Below are positions 38,689 to 51,390 of a DNA stretch of 64,000 bases, in pieces. The stretch comes from Balanoglossus misakiensis (taxonomy: Eukaryota > Animalia > Hemichordata), in NCBI GenBank assembly GCA_040954595.2, contig CM082597.2:9827778-9891777 (forward strand). The letters are read 5' to 3'. The position numbers and the translations under genes were made by a program. A model generated the notes under the pieces. It saw only the letters and a program-made list of their open reading frames with translations. It searched no databases and was not told where the DNA came from. The stretch's first letter is position 1. Each line of letters opens with the position of its first letter.

Positions 38689-39690
38689 TCTTCAAGAGTA
38701 CAGTTATGGACCACACAGCTGGTTGATTCATATGCAGCCATGAAAAGCCGTGGTTGCTTCATCTGCAGGGTAGGATACATTTTTTGGCTGGCAGCTGGAT
38801 TCGTCGAATGTTATCAAAACATAAGACTCATTGACTTGTGCTTGTTTGTTAACACATTTATTCAAAGACATGTAATAAGCCTTTTCCATTGTTGAGTAAT
38901 TTGTTCAGACTTTGAATATAATACCCATGTGGACCACACAAGCTATCTTCAAAAGCTGGATGCAGCTTCAAAAGCTGGTACAGTCTAATTCTGCAAATTA
39001 GACTGTACCACTTGGAGACAAAATCAATATAGTATAGTAATTACTCCATTTAATGAGCAAAAAATAAATAAAAAAGAAAGCAAACATTAAAATTTGACCA
39101 ATCAGAATGGCCATTCCTGGCAATCAAATAATTTCATTTTTTTTCATTCTGTACGTCATGGATGAACCCTGGCCACAGAACATTTTTGGTGAGAAATATG
39201 AAATGTTTGTCTCAAAATGTGGAATCCAAACTTAACATTGATCAGGAAGGTTCATTGATTTAAATTAGTACCTTTGTGAGGAGGTTCACTTGACAAGTCT
39301 TTAAACATCCCTCCCAACATGTTGCTATGTTTTTGACTCAATCATGTCTGTCATTACAGCCCAAATCAACAGTTCACAGAGTTACATTGCATGTTGCATA
39401 AAATCTAATGACTTATGGTTGAATAAATTTACATATACTGTAAAGGGACATCTATTTTGAAGACATTTGATATCACATAAAGTTTCAAATTCAAATTGTT
39501 ACCTTTTTTCCGAGATTTTATGCTAACATGGCTACTTTGCATAACAATACAAGTAGGTGTTATGTTGATGATGTACTTTTTCCCAAAGAGCAGTGGTTGT
39601 CCTTTAATTGCTTTGTCAAGAACACTGATTATTGTCAAAAATATTCTGTTATGTATTAATAAATAATAAAAATGTTCATTTGCAGTTCTT
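38689..39690 (+). other. POLE: Probable POLE 3' UTR with candidate AATAAA poly(A) signals
   Basis: Unique AT-rich sequence after the stop; AATAAA near 39063, 39422 and 39658-39671; the end actually used is unknown. Confidence 0.5.
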
Positions 39691-39984
39691 TCTTTTTATT
39701 GAGAAGTTATAGGTTTGGGTCTGTCTGTGTTTGTCCATGCAAGCCTTCATAGTAAGTTTAATTCTTGGTGGTGGGCGATGTGATGCTGGTTAGTTTTGAT
39801 GATAGGAGTTGGTTGTGAATATGTATGATGGTAAGGTTGGTTCAGATGATTGATTGGTTGTGGTGTTCATTGTGTTTATATTATTGGTCAGCTGTAATAG
39901 TACAGTCATGATAACTATTGGTTTTGATAGTGTTTGGTAATGAAGCGTTGGGCTGTGATTGTGGCTGGTTTTGATTGTAGTTTA

Positions 39985-42395
39985 TTAGGTCCCATTTGCA
40001 TCTGTATGTATGTAGTATGTATGGATGGATGTATGTATGTCTGTATGTCCGTCTACATCAAAAACTTGAAAACCGCGACGTGTATCACCTTGATATTTGG
40101 TGTGCAGATGCAGGCTGGGCTGTAGATGGGAGTTTGTTCAAATGAAGTTGTCATTGCCAAAAATATGCAAATTAGCTGGAAAAATGTGAATTTGGTAAAA
40201 ACTCAACCACTGGTCAGATGGATTTGAAAATTGGCATGCATGTACCTTATGTCTACCTCAAACAGTCATGTATGTTTTGAGTTAATATTATCGATTTTCT
40301 TTTTTTTTTATGCATTTTTTTGTATTTTTCCATATTATTGGTAAAAAAATCTTCATTTCTGAAAGTTAAAGGCCTATTTCTTTGAAATTTAGCATGAGGC
40401 TTCCTATAGGTTGTCTGAGTAACCATAGTTTTGTTCAAATTGTTGCAAAATTTGCATATATAATTTTGAGCAATTTTTGGTCAATATTTTTATATCTAAA
40501 CCCACATGCCAGATTGCTTTGCAATTTGGAAGGCATGTTCCTATGGGTAACCTTAGTAAGATGTTGTTTAAAAAATTCTGATATTTGCATAAATATGTTA
40601 TTGGGGAAATTTTTGCAATTTTTGTTAAAACTTGTTTTCTCTGAAACGGCTTGTCACATTGCATTGAACTTTGGCAAGCATGTTCCTTGTAGTGACTGAA
40701 GATTTTGGTGATATATGCATATTTGTGTTTTTGCCACTTTTGAACAAATGTTTTCTGTGAAACTGCTTTGAAATTTGTTTTTTTCTCTGATTGCTTAGAA
40801 ATTTAGGATACAATTTCATAACACATACATGTATATGTGCAACTTTCATTCAATTCTATTTCTGATATCAGAAATATTCAATATTTAGCGAGTTTTTTTG
40901 TAAGTTTCTTTGTTTTTGGTTGGCAAATCTTCTAAACCAATTGTCGAGTTGTTTAATACTTTTGAAAGTTACTGTTTTCAATGAGTTGTTACCCCCAACT
41001 TAGACATGTTTACATAACTTTAAGGTGGCATTGCATGAAAAGTTGGTATTTGCCAAATTTTACTGTTTTACATAAATCGATAGGTCTAATACTGTCACAT
41101 TCTGACAAATGCGTCTTGGCGGAAATTGTGCAAATTCACCCAAAAATATCACTTTTCTGAATGAGTCCACAGCTTAAACCCCGGTGCGGAAAGTCCTGGG
41201 GTTCGGATTAACGTGTGTTTGTATAGTTGTTTATTTGGGAGTGGTCCTCGTGCATAATGACTGTGTAATTGCTCTCATGTACACAGAAAATAATTGAACA
41301 CTTCACACTTCCAAGCGATTGACAACTGTTTGAATGGCGTGGTTATTGTTTCCCAGGGACGCTTCTGAAAAGCACTGAAACCAGATTTATCCCAAAATCA
41401 TCGTTGTTTCATAAGCTCGACGTGTACTTTTTCGTCGATAACTTTATGTTGTGTATGTTTATAAAGCCAACTACTGTCGTTGTGTGGTGTAATTCTTTAT
41501 GCTTGGACCTGTTTGGACCGATTTTCATAGAGCCAAGATCGTTGGTGTTGTCTGTTGTCAGTCAAACGGCATTAAGATTCGCCACTGATTTGGGGGGTCT
41601 TTTATACCCCGCACAGGGGTTTAAGAATTAGGTGTCAACAATGCAAATTGCCGTTTTTCTCAGTATGCATTTTCGCTGCTTTTGACAACTTCAGAAGAAT
41701 TTAGCTTTGCTCTGCGTTGGCCAATTTTGCTGAAATTTTAACAGGGGATTGTGTATGACCCATCTAACAATACGAAAATTGTTTTAGTCAATAAATTGTC
41801 CCTGGCGGGAATAAACTCTGATTCAATACAACTCACTGTGAATTTAATCAAATATTCTAAAAATCTAACTTTCAAAAAGTTACTCCTCAATGGAAGCAGA
41901 TAACGCAAAACAAAATTTTCATTTTTTTGCAAGTGTACTCTAGTTTCAAGATGCATGGTTAACTTTTTTACCTAATTTCAATATGTATGGTTTATAGGGG
42001 TTTTAATGTCGTCTTTGATGAGAAAAAGGCATCTGAAAAAGACTTGATGGTTTCGTGCAATGCCACCTTAATAGGCCAGTTGTTACAGAGAACACCAGCG
42101 ATTAAATTTTTAATTACCAGTGGCAGGTCAGTGAGCATGTTTGTCTTCTGTGTGTGTGTGTGTGTGTCTGTCTGTCTTGTCTGTCTGTCTGTTCCAGGGC
42201 TGACTGAAAGAAGTTGCTTGTCATATGTGTTTGTACAGACAATTTTGGTCAAAAATAATTTTTTCTAGCACCACTTGTAAGACTGCCATTACACATGACA
42301 GTTTATTGGGCATGTTCCTTGTTTTTTACATTCCATATTTTTATATGATTAGATCATATCTGCTTATTTCCGTGTATTCCTCAAATGGGACCACA
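39985..42395 (+). mobile_element. HINE family 1 copy interrupted by a TTAA element
   Basis: Colinear with the inverted copy at 44817-46253. Confidence 0.8.
41024..42067. mobile_element. Kolobok-type non-autonomous element
   Basis: TTAA TSD; TIR GGTGGCATTGCAYGAAA; empty site in the paralogue at about 45160. Confidence 0.88.
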
Positions 42396-43040
42396 TAATT
42401 TCATACTTTATTACATTACTATATCATATGTGGACACAATATGGTAAATTACAAACACTAAATCTAAAAGAGAAAATACAAAGAATGTTACAGAGAATGA
42501 ATTATAGGAAACAAATTCAGATTGGTGTCACTGCGTGACAGGCTAAGTGTATTTACATATTTTTCATGGGTTATAGCTCATGAAAACTGTCAACAGATGA
42601 CAAATTTTCGACTCTGCCAGCGACACCAATCTGAAAATGGTATCACCCACATCAAGGTTGGGCAGAAGTTGGTCCTGGCGCTTTTTTCCCCCCAAGATTC
42701 AAATTACAGCAAACACCGTACTGGAAATTTTGCCAAATTTCCCTGGTTTTTGTAAAAAATCGCACAACTTATACATGGCGAAAATGTTTTTTTTTTCTGA
42801 AAGAGTGATCTCAAAGCTACCAAATTATGTAGAAATCAGCTAGACCGGATTTCCCCTTTAAGTTCATAATGCTTGCAAACATGTTGGATAGAATCATTAC
42901 TGCCCACAATTTCTTTCTATGACAACAAATATCACCCACCTTATGGTTTGGTCCAAGTCTATTGTTTTCTATGGTAAAGTTGGACCTCTGTAAAAGGAAA
43001 TAGGGGTGAAAGGGCTAATGCTATTAGTATTCCTCACTTT

Positions 43041-44183
43041 TTAACGAAGACTACTGTCAGGTGTGTTTGGTGGATTAGGAACAGTGACAGGTGTTCGTCC
43101 TCTTCCCAATTTACAGCCATTGTTGTTTGGTGCCTTTATCTTTAATCTGGTGTTATCACTTTTGTGGCCATTGGCAAGAAGGTAATTATGTGACTGGGGG
43201 TTATCCAAGACAACCTTTGATGTTAACGTCGCAGGTTTCGTCACAGTTATTCGTGGTGGTGTGTTCTTGCCACATTCTTCCAAAACAGTATTTAGCTGTT
43301 GTCCAAGCAACACATCATCTGATAGCAAAGTTTGAGTTTGGTATCCAATAGGCTTTGGTGGTAGTGATGTTAGATAACTAGGGTTTGCCTGATTTTTCAA
43401 AGGCCAACCTAAGGGTGTTGATGATAAGCTTGGAAAATGATGTGCTGGTGTTTTAGACCGCAGAAGTTCAATTTCTTTGTGTACGTTGAATACTTTTTTT
43501 CCATTCTGACTTCTCAATATTGCAGAAGTTGACACTCCTTTTTCTTCGGGTCTACTAGTACAAGGAACTGCCATTCTTTCAGATGCTGACAAAACCTTCC
43601 GATAACTTTTAAAGTTGTTTTGGGGAAATTGTCTGAACACTGGTGTGCTCAAAGAACCAAATGCCGAATTTTTGAAAGCATCCAAAAATGACAGGTTGAG
43701 TCCAAAGTCTTCAACTGAGTGTGATGGGGTAGTATGTGGTGTTTTTCTTGGTGGAGTTCTCAGTAAGTGTTTAGGCACCGGTAGTGTAGGTGATGACCAG
43801 CATTTCTTCTTGTCTGATGATTCTGCCATTTCAAGGCGGTATTCTTCCTGTCTCATCAAGCGAACAATAAATCTCTTAACAGGTTTAGGTAGACGAATAT
43901 CTATTTCATATTTTGCTTCATCTTCAGTGAGGTAATGTCTGTGCTGTCGTTTTCTTTTCTTTTTCTTAACCCTATCGTTGCTTTCAAGGTCTCTGCTTTC
44001 TTGCTCTTTATCAAGTTGTAACTCTGCAAGTTCACGACGAATATCTAGTAGTGTTTCAGAAACGTATTCTTTGGACTGTTTTACATCAAATGTTGGTTGA
44101 TTGATTGTACTATATATACCCATATTTTCTCCAAATAAAGGATTGCAATTAACTGCCAGTTCTCTTCGTGCAGATGATGTCAT
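43041..44183 (-). CDS. Uncharacterised 380-aa protein (coiled-coil-like segment, basic NLS-like stretch, Pro/Ser/Thr-rich tail)
   Basis: Uninterrupted 1143-nt ORF in non-repetitive DNA; in-frame stop just upstream (44199-44201); splice acceptor gttatttttcag at 44266; AATAAA on the - strand at 42407-42412. Confidence 0.75.
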   Translation of the reverse strand: MTSSARRELAVNCNPLFGENMGIYSTINQPTFDVKQSKEYVSETLLDIRRELAELQLDKEQESRDLESNDRVKKKKRKRQHRHYLTEDEAKYEIDIRLPKPVKRFIVRLMRQEEYRLEMAESSDKKKCWSSPTLPVPKHLLRTPPRKTPHTTPSHSVEDFGLNLSFLDAFKNSAFGSLSTPVFRQFPQNNFKSYRKVLSASERMAVPCTSRPEEKGVSTSAILRSQNGKKVFNVHKEIELLRSKTPAHHFPSLSSTPLGWPLKNQANPSYLTSLPPKPIGYQTQTLLSDDVLLGQQLNTVLEECGKNTPPRITVTKPATLTSKVVLDNPQSHNYLLANGHKSDNTRLKIKAPNNNGCKLGRGRTPVTVPNPPNTPDSSLR

Positions 44184-44816
44184 GTCTAGGCTTTCAAATT
44201 ATTGACATGTCTTCTTAAATGTTTCACTTATTTAAAGGCAGCCTATTACTAGTGTAACCCATTATCTGAAAAATAACAAACATGTAAACTATTATTAGCT
44301 AAAGAATCAATGTAGCCATGTGGCTGATTTAAGGACAAATGATGACACGATTTGACATGGCTGAATCGTTTATAACACAATTATGATCTGCACCAGAGAG
44401 ACAAAACTAAACTGAACATTGCAGCCAGGCCTGGAGGGGTGTGTTTCAACCGATAACGTAGTGAAAATTTACTCATAACGTATCAAATCAACCGATTCCA
44501 TAGTACATGTAATTTTTTCTAACCGATAATGTAAAAATTTACCAATAATTTATCCATCAATTAAAACAGTAACGTTTCTATCTATCCATACATCGAGCAA
44601 CTAAAATTTTTCCGTATATCTAGGCTTTTAGAAAATATATTACTTCTTTACTTCTATGTTTTTGTAAACATGGATGACAAAACAGGTTGTCCTGTTCTTG
44701 TTACCTTGAAATATGATGCAATGGGACAATCTATCAAAGATGGGTGAAAGTGATACCATCACTTTTGATTCCATTCGTAATCTTAAACAGGAATAACGGC
44801 ATGTCTGATTACATAA

Positions 44817-46253
44817 AAAATAGCGTCAAAGACACTGTGGTCCCATTTGAGGATTATGCGGAAACAGTGACACACCAGAATAAAAATTACAGGTGACATT
44901 GCAAGCAGATATGATCTTACCATATAGAAATATGGGATGTAAAAAAATTAACAAGGAACATGCCCAATAAACTGTCATGTGTCATGGCAGTCATACAAGT
45001 GGCGCTAGAAAAAAATTGACCAAAAATTGTCTGTACAAACACATATTAGAAGCAACTTCTTTCAGTCAGCCCTGGAACAGACAGACAGACAGACACACAC
45101 ACACTGACCTGACACTGGTAATTAAAAATTTAATAGCTGGTGGTCTCTGTAACAGCTGGCCTATTAAAGTTATGTAAACATTTCTTAGTTTGGGGTAACA
45201 ACTCCTTGTAAATAGTAACTTTAGAAACAACTGGACAATTGGTTTAGGAGAAGATTTGCTAACCATAAACAAAGAAACTTACAAAAAAACTCGCTAAATA
45301 TTGAATATTTCTGATATCAGAATTGAATAAAAGTTGCACATATACATGTATGTGTTATGAAATTATATCCTTAATTTCAAAGCAATCAGAGAAAAAAACA
45401 AATTTCAAAGCAATCCACCAAGCAGTTTCACAGAAAAAATTTGTTCAGATGTGTCAAAAACACAAATATGCAAATATCACCAAAATTGTACAATATCTTA
45501 CTTCAATCACTACAAGGAACATGCTGCCAAAGTTCAATGCAACATGACAAGCGGTTTCAGAGAAAACAATTTTTGACAAAAATTGCAAAAGTTTCCCCAA
45601 TAACACATTTATGCAAATATCACATTTTTTTACAACATATTACTTAGGTTACCCCTACGAACATGCCTACCAAATTGCAAAGCGATCTGGCATGCGGTTT
45701 TAAAGAAAAAGGATTTTGCCCAAAAATGGCAAATATTACTCAAAATTATAAATATGCAAATTTCGCAATAATTTGAACAAAACTATGGTTACTCAGACAA
45801 CCATTAGGCAGCTTCATACTAAATTTCAAAGAAGTAAGCCCATCACTTTCAGAAATGAAGACTTTTTACCAATAACATGGAAAAATACAAAAAAATGCAT
45901 AAAAAATAGGAAATCGATGATATTAGCTCAAAACATACAGGACTGTATGATGTTGACGTAAGGTACATGCATACCAATTTTCAAACCAATAAGACCAGTG
46001 GTTGTCGAGTTTTTGAGTTTTGACGAATTTCACATTTCCCCAGCTAATTTGCTTATTTTTGGAATTGACAACTTCATTTGAACAAACTCCCATCTACAGC
46101 CAGCATCTACACACCAAATATCGAGGTCATACGCGCAGCGGTTTTCAAGTTTTTGATGTGGACGGACATACAGACATACATCCATACATCCATCCATACA
46201 TACAGACGCAACCGATCCCATAAGGTCCCATGGTACATACCAATGGGACCTAA
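44817..46253 (-). mobile_element. HINE family 1 copy, inverted
   Basis: Both ends present on the - strand; sits inside an old L2 fragment. Confidence 0.8.
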
Positions 46254-46680
46254 AAAAGGTTACTTCTCATTATGCAGAATTGGCAAAATCTATAAACTTT
46301 TGGATAAAAAAACTACATAGAAACTGATCTATGCATGATTGTGTAACAGCTAAGCTTGACTATTGCAACATTAGTCTTTTGTATTGAATTAACAAAAATT
46401 GAAATCTTTTCCAATTGCAGGTTCAGTGAGTTTATTTAAATGCGAGCATAGAGTACAACTTGTAATTCGTCTAATCAACAGTTCATCAAGGTATGGTGGT
46501 GCAAAACCACCACATAGAACTTTAAAAGTGATGCAAAGAATTTTGAATTGGATTTGCTGCTGAACAGGGAGCAAATGAAGGTCAGGAAGAATGGGAGTGA
46601 TATGATCACAATTTTTTTTCCTCAAAAAGTTACAAGTCGAGCCGCCGAGTTTTGAATTGTTTGATTCTGCAAATCAAGGT
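46254..46680. mobile_element. Old L2-like LINE fragment with internal inversion
   Basis: + strand GYFSLCRIGKI...TAKLDYCN; - strand IQNSAARLV...DHITPILPDLHLLPV. Confidence 0.75.
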
Positions 46681-46689
46681 GTTCACTAA

Positions 46690-47905
46690 GGGACCATTCA
46701 GTTTTTACGGCCGGGTGGGGGGGGGGGGGGGGCGGCAAGTTTGTGTCATCGGTTTTCAAAATCAGGCCGACCCCCCTTCACCCAGGACCTAAAAATGATG
46801 ACCCCCCTTTGACAGACCCAAAAATATAATGACCCCCCCCCCCCACGCCGAAAACATTCGCTGTCCTGACCCTATGTACACTGTATGCAATAAAGGGAAT
46901 GAGGCTCCTTACACCTCAATTATAAATTTCTTAAAGTATTATTGAAGAATATAATAGTATATCGTTGCAATAAAGAAATCTATGTACAAATTAAAATGAC
47001 AAGTCAATACAATAGTTGCTATAATTGGTAAAACAAGAAAAGTGGCGGGGATGGGCGTGAAAATGTTGTAAAATACGGTGCTCAAAGTTGCATTTTAATG
47101 AACTCAAAAGCAAATTCTCAATGTTAGGGAGGACAAATTTTAATTTTGCCACTCAACACAAAGTAAGCATCGGGGTGGGGTGGCAAGAAGTCTGCCTTGG
47201 TACACTAGACTGTTATGACAGAAAGGGCGAAGTCAGTGGTTTTCCTTTTATAAAAAGTATTTAATGGCTATTCGCTATACTAAAAAATTAAGTTGCAGGC
47301 AAAAAAGCGATTCACATGTCATAAAACTATGAATGCGAACCAAACTGAGCAACACACACAGTACTCCGTATACTCAGCTAGGACTGCAGTCGCGAAGCAC
47401 ACGAGCAGCAAATATGCAGTAAAGTCAAAGGTTTCCGGCGTACAGGAAAGTCTGGTTTCGGTCCGAGTGGTGTGTACTTACAACTCGAAGTCAAACAAAA
47501 CAGCAGCAAAGTCTGGTTTAGGTCCGAGTGGTGTGCATGCACTCACAACTTCTGAAGTCCTTGAAGTCAAACAAAACGGCCTGCAAATGGTCCCAAACAG
47601 CAGCATGGAGTCCCCAGCGCTGAAGTTATCGGCACAGTGTCCAGCGAAAAAATAGCAACCTGACCACATGGTAGCATGTGTATTTATACATGTCAATCAA
47701 ATAAATATTCATCAACACCTGGTCACCCTAAACAAAAGAAAGCTCACTAGCCAGTAAAGGTCACACTAAAACGACCTCATCATCACAAGACAAACCAGCG
47801 AATAAATGCAATGTGGGGAATAATGGAGGGGGTGGGTAAAATAAAGGGCACGAAACTGCAATTTTGTGGACTCAAAAGCCCCGGCCGTAAAAAATGAACG
47901 GTCCC
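46690..47905. mobile_element. PIF/Harbinger-type MITE with poly-G/C tracts
   Basis: TAA TSD; TIR GGGACCRTTCA.TTTTTACGGCCGGG; partial copies at 50940-51110, 54010-54597 and 59640-60394. Confidence 0.88.
47211..47787. mobile_element. Solo LTR nested in the MITE
   Basis: TGTTATGA...TCATCACA ends, 4-bp TSD AGAC, absent from the paralogue (ctagacatacc at about 60113). Confidence 0.8.
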
Positions 47906-48409
47906 TAACTGTTACGAATGTTGGGAAAATGCACAGACCTTGAACAATACTAGAGGTATAAGGCAAAAAAGCTGTATTGTTGGATGTCATTAATATTACA
48001 TTACCATAACCACATGTGGACGCCCACCTGTTTTTATTTTTAATATTACAAAGCTGTGGTTTTTCTTTGGTTGGCTGACACAGTATATGAATAATGTAAG
48101 GTGTCTGTCAGTTGTGTATAGTGACGGTGACGGAGACTAAGTGTGCCAGTGACACTGTGATCCACTGCCTGTGACGTATGTGTAGTGCGTTTTTAAAACG
48201 TTAAATTGTAATTATAATTATATTATAATCAGAATAATAGTAGGTTGGATTGCAAAACTTCACTCTAGAAGTATTTTTGGTTGTGAAAAATAACATTTGG
48301 GTATTTTTTTTCCAAATACACAAAATGGCAAACTGCACATCCAAATGTTGAATCAGTAGACAACAAATGTTCCCAAAATTCACCACAAGGAAATCATAAG
48401 ATAGAGTTC

Positions 48410-48840
48410 AGAGCCAGAATTCCAGTGGATACCAATTGTTCTCCCTTGCTTACTGACTTATTTCTGAACTCATATAAGGCCTCTGTAACTAAAGCTTTTA
48501 TCTTTACATTCAGATATATAAATCATGTCATTTCTCTGAATAATCCCATATTCAGTTACTATTTTCTTTATATGATATTTCTTACTGAATCAGATATTTG
48601 AAAAAAATACAAATTAAGCTATTTCTGCTTCATATCTGGATATTTTTTCTTGAATTTGTCACTGTTACCTTTCTATATTTCAACAGATCGTTTATACCGT
48701 ACTATCATCAATTTTCCACACCATGACAGCAATATTCAAATCTCACCAGCCTATCGTGTTTATTTTTCCAACAGTTGTGTGTACATGCCATGCCAGCAAC
48801 TTTATAATTGTCACACATTTAGCAGATCGAAATCTTGAAA
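48410..48840 (+). mobile_element. Decayed Penelope-like reverse transcriptase fragment
   Basis: IPVDTNCSPLLTDLFL, FRYINHVISLNN (degenerate RYIDD), SASYLD, IINFP..SNI..SPAY. Confidence 0.65.
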
Positions 48841-49300
48841 GGTGCATCACAGACAATTCTCTTTTAGTCACAGAAGACGAATGAGTTTGTCACCAAGACA
48901 CAAAGAAACCCCAATTGGCTCTAATTTAATGGGACCATTATAAACCCAGACCTAATTGATAAAACTTGATACCATTTCACACGCACAAAACTGTATTTAG
49001 AGACACCATGCACTTTCTAATCAATAAACTGCAAATTTGCATATTTCATGAACTTTTACTAATTATTTCTGCAATGACTACACTTCATATGATAACATGT
49101 TCTGGTAGTACACGCATTGATCTTACAGATTTCCAAATGTTCTGTATAGGACCAAGAAGTTTTATGAAAATTCAACCACTAATATGAAAATTTAACAAAA
49201 TTGCACAACAAATCCATAGTTACAGAGTAGAACAGTGTCAACAAAGGAAATATTACACAAATCTAACTTAGGATGAATGAATCAAATGTTTTCTACATAC

Positions 49301-49510
49301 CTTCAGCAAATGCTTTCTCTAATCTACACTGTGTGCAACTTACTGTTATCCATGACATCAATCAATGCTACATCATCACTTAGGCTCTATTCTTGGTTGT
49401 ACTGTATTGTAACTTGTAATGTTAGTGCTCATTAATATTTCATTGTCTGCTGTGATGCTAAAGTCACCCGTACGTACATTTCATTTCCTGTTGTTGACAT
49501 TGTCGGAAAC
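49301..49510 (-). other. Candidate non-coding first exon/promoter of the 380-aa gene
   Basis: Donor GAAG|gtatgt on the - strand at 49301/49300; GGAA (ETS-like) cores at about 49484-49508; the pairing with the 44266 acceptor is inferred. Confidence 0.4.
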
Positions 49511-50199
49511 CAGAGAACGTTGAGTTATTCTCAATCTTGCTTCAGTGGTACTCTGTTGTAAATTATGCAGGAATATTTTTTTTCACACTCCTGGCCACTG
49601 GGAGTGGGATCAAATCGATCCCACACTCTGTGTTAATGCGCACACAGACAACTGTTATCTGACCTAGGAGCTCTGATTGGATAATGATATTCATACCCCT
49701 CAAAACGAGCAAATATTATCCAATTGTGTGATGTATTGTACACTAACCGGAACTACAATGTGATCAGGTCATGTGCAGACAACAGTGGTGTAGTGGTTGG
49801 CAACAGACTCGCAAAGATGGTTGTATTTTCTAGATATCCTGCGAACTTATGCCACTGGAAACAATTTCCATATTTTAATGTGTTGAGCACTTTTTTGTAG
49901 CATGTGTGTACTGTAAACTCGTGATGAAATGTGGACTATGTTTTGCGGAGCAGATCAATATATGACCGGACATGCAGTTATCAGTGGGTATTTATTGATT
50001 TAGCACTTTGATTGTAAATAAACGTGAATATCACAAATTTGTGGTCGTGTGAGAAAAAGAATCTCACACACCAAGGACCTGGGATCGTATTTCTCACACT
50101 CTTCAGGGATATTTTGTCCCACACAGGCCTGTCTCACTCGTGTGAGAAATATGATCCAAGGTCCTTGGGAGTGTGAGATTCTATTAGTCTGCAGGATAT

Positions 50200-50735
50200 A
50201 TCAACCTCAATGAGTAGAATTTGTGATATAATAAATGTTTATGATATAAATGTTTCCATTGTTATTTTTATCACCTTATTGTGTGTTTTTTTATTGGTTA
50301 CGTTTTGACCTTTAGAAAAGCACTATCTGTAACTTTTGGATATTTGTTTTATTTTGTGTATTGCCATTGGGTCTGCAGGCATGCCAGGCTGTTGAAACAT
50401 CTGATTGGCTCAACGTACTGTACTGATTGGAACTCAATGAGCAATTCAGCTTTTTTGATGCCTGAAAATGTCGTTCAAATATGTAGGGTACTATTTCCTC
50501 AGACCTCCATGCCATAAATTATGTGTGGTAGAACAAAAGAATTGTATAACAATACAAGTGTGACAGGTGGTACTACATGACACAAATTATTAGTCACTTC
50601 ATCCAAGTTAACTATTTTGTACTGTGTGGAACAAATTGGAGTCATCAGCATACAGTGTGAAATTAAAACATCAGAAGAACAAGGGAAGTCATTGATGTAA
50701 GCAAGAAACAAAGTTAGCCCTAGAATTGACTCCCA
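50200..50735 (-). mobile_element. Decayed CR1-group LINE RT fragment
   Basis: SILGLTLFLAYINDFP, LYADD, LYNSFVLPHIIYGMEV across frameshifts. Confidence 0.7.
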
Positions 50736-51390
50736 ATGCTGACAATACTTTTGCCATCCCCCACCCCCAAACCACAGTGCCCAAACTTTAGGGAATAAAA
50801 ATTGCTTTGAGTTAACATAAATGCAGTTTCGAGCTCTTTACTTTTCAAAATTTTCTAACATCCACACCCACCTCCATCATTTTTCTTTTGATTTACCATG
50901 TCTACCAACCAGCTATTGCAATGACTTCATTGTATTTTAGGGACTGTTCTGTTTTTATGGCCGGGGGGGGGGGGGGGGGGGGGGGGGCAGGATTGTGTCA
51001 TTGGTTTTCAAAATCAGGCAGATCCCCCCCCCCCCCTTCACCCAGGACTAAAAATGATGACCCCATCCCCTTTGACAGGCAAAGAAATATGATGACACCC
51101 CCCCCCCCAAAAAAAAAAAAATAATCATAATACAACTGTGATAGTATCGTCATGGTCACGTGATTGTCACATGGTCTGTATACATGATTTCCTGTAACAG
51201 TTAGTTCCCGCGTGGTTGTCATTCAATAAACATCACTTCTGTGGAACTCCGTCATTGTCGACTGTCAATAACCCCTCCCCGGACATCACATAAATGGCGA
51301 CGAGGATTTAGTTGTCTAATATAACTATCGAAGAACATACGCAAGCAACCTCTATGAGTTTTGGTGACTTTTTAGCCATGATTTGAGTGC

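Noticed and set aside
39658-39700. Opposed AATAAA signals implying overlapping 3' ends of POLE and the 380-aa gene
   Set aside because: A closer signal at 42407-42412 explains the - strand gene, and the hexamer is common in AT-rich DNA.
47420-47545. Spaced 28-bp direct repeats resembling a CRISPR unit
   Set aside because: Only two copies, inside a solo LTR of an animal genome; no cas genes.
50888-51222. Poly-Gly/Pro ORFs and G-quadruplex-like tracts
   Set aside because: Homopolymer runs of the Harbinger MITE family, whose lengths are unreliable.
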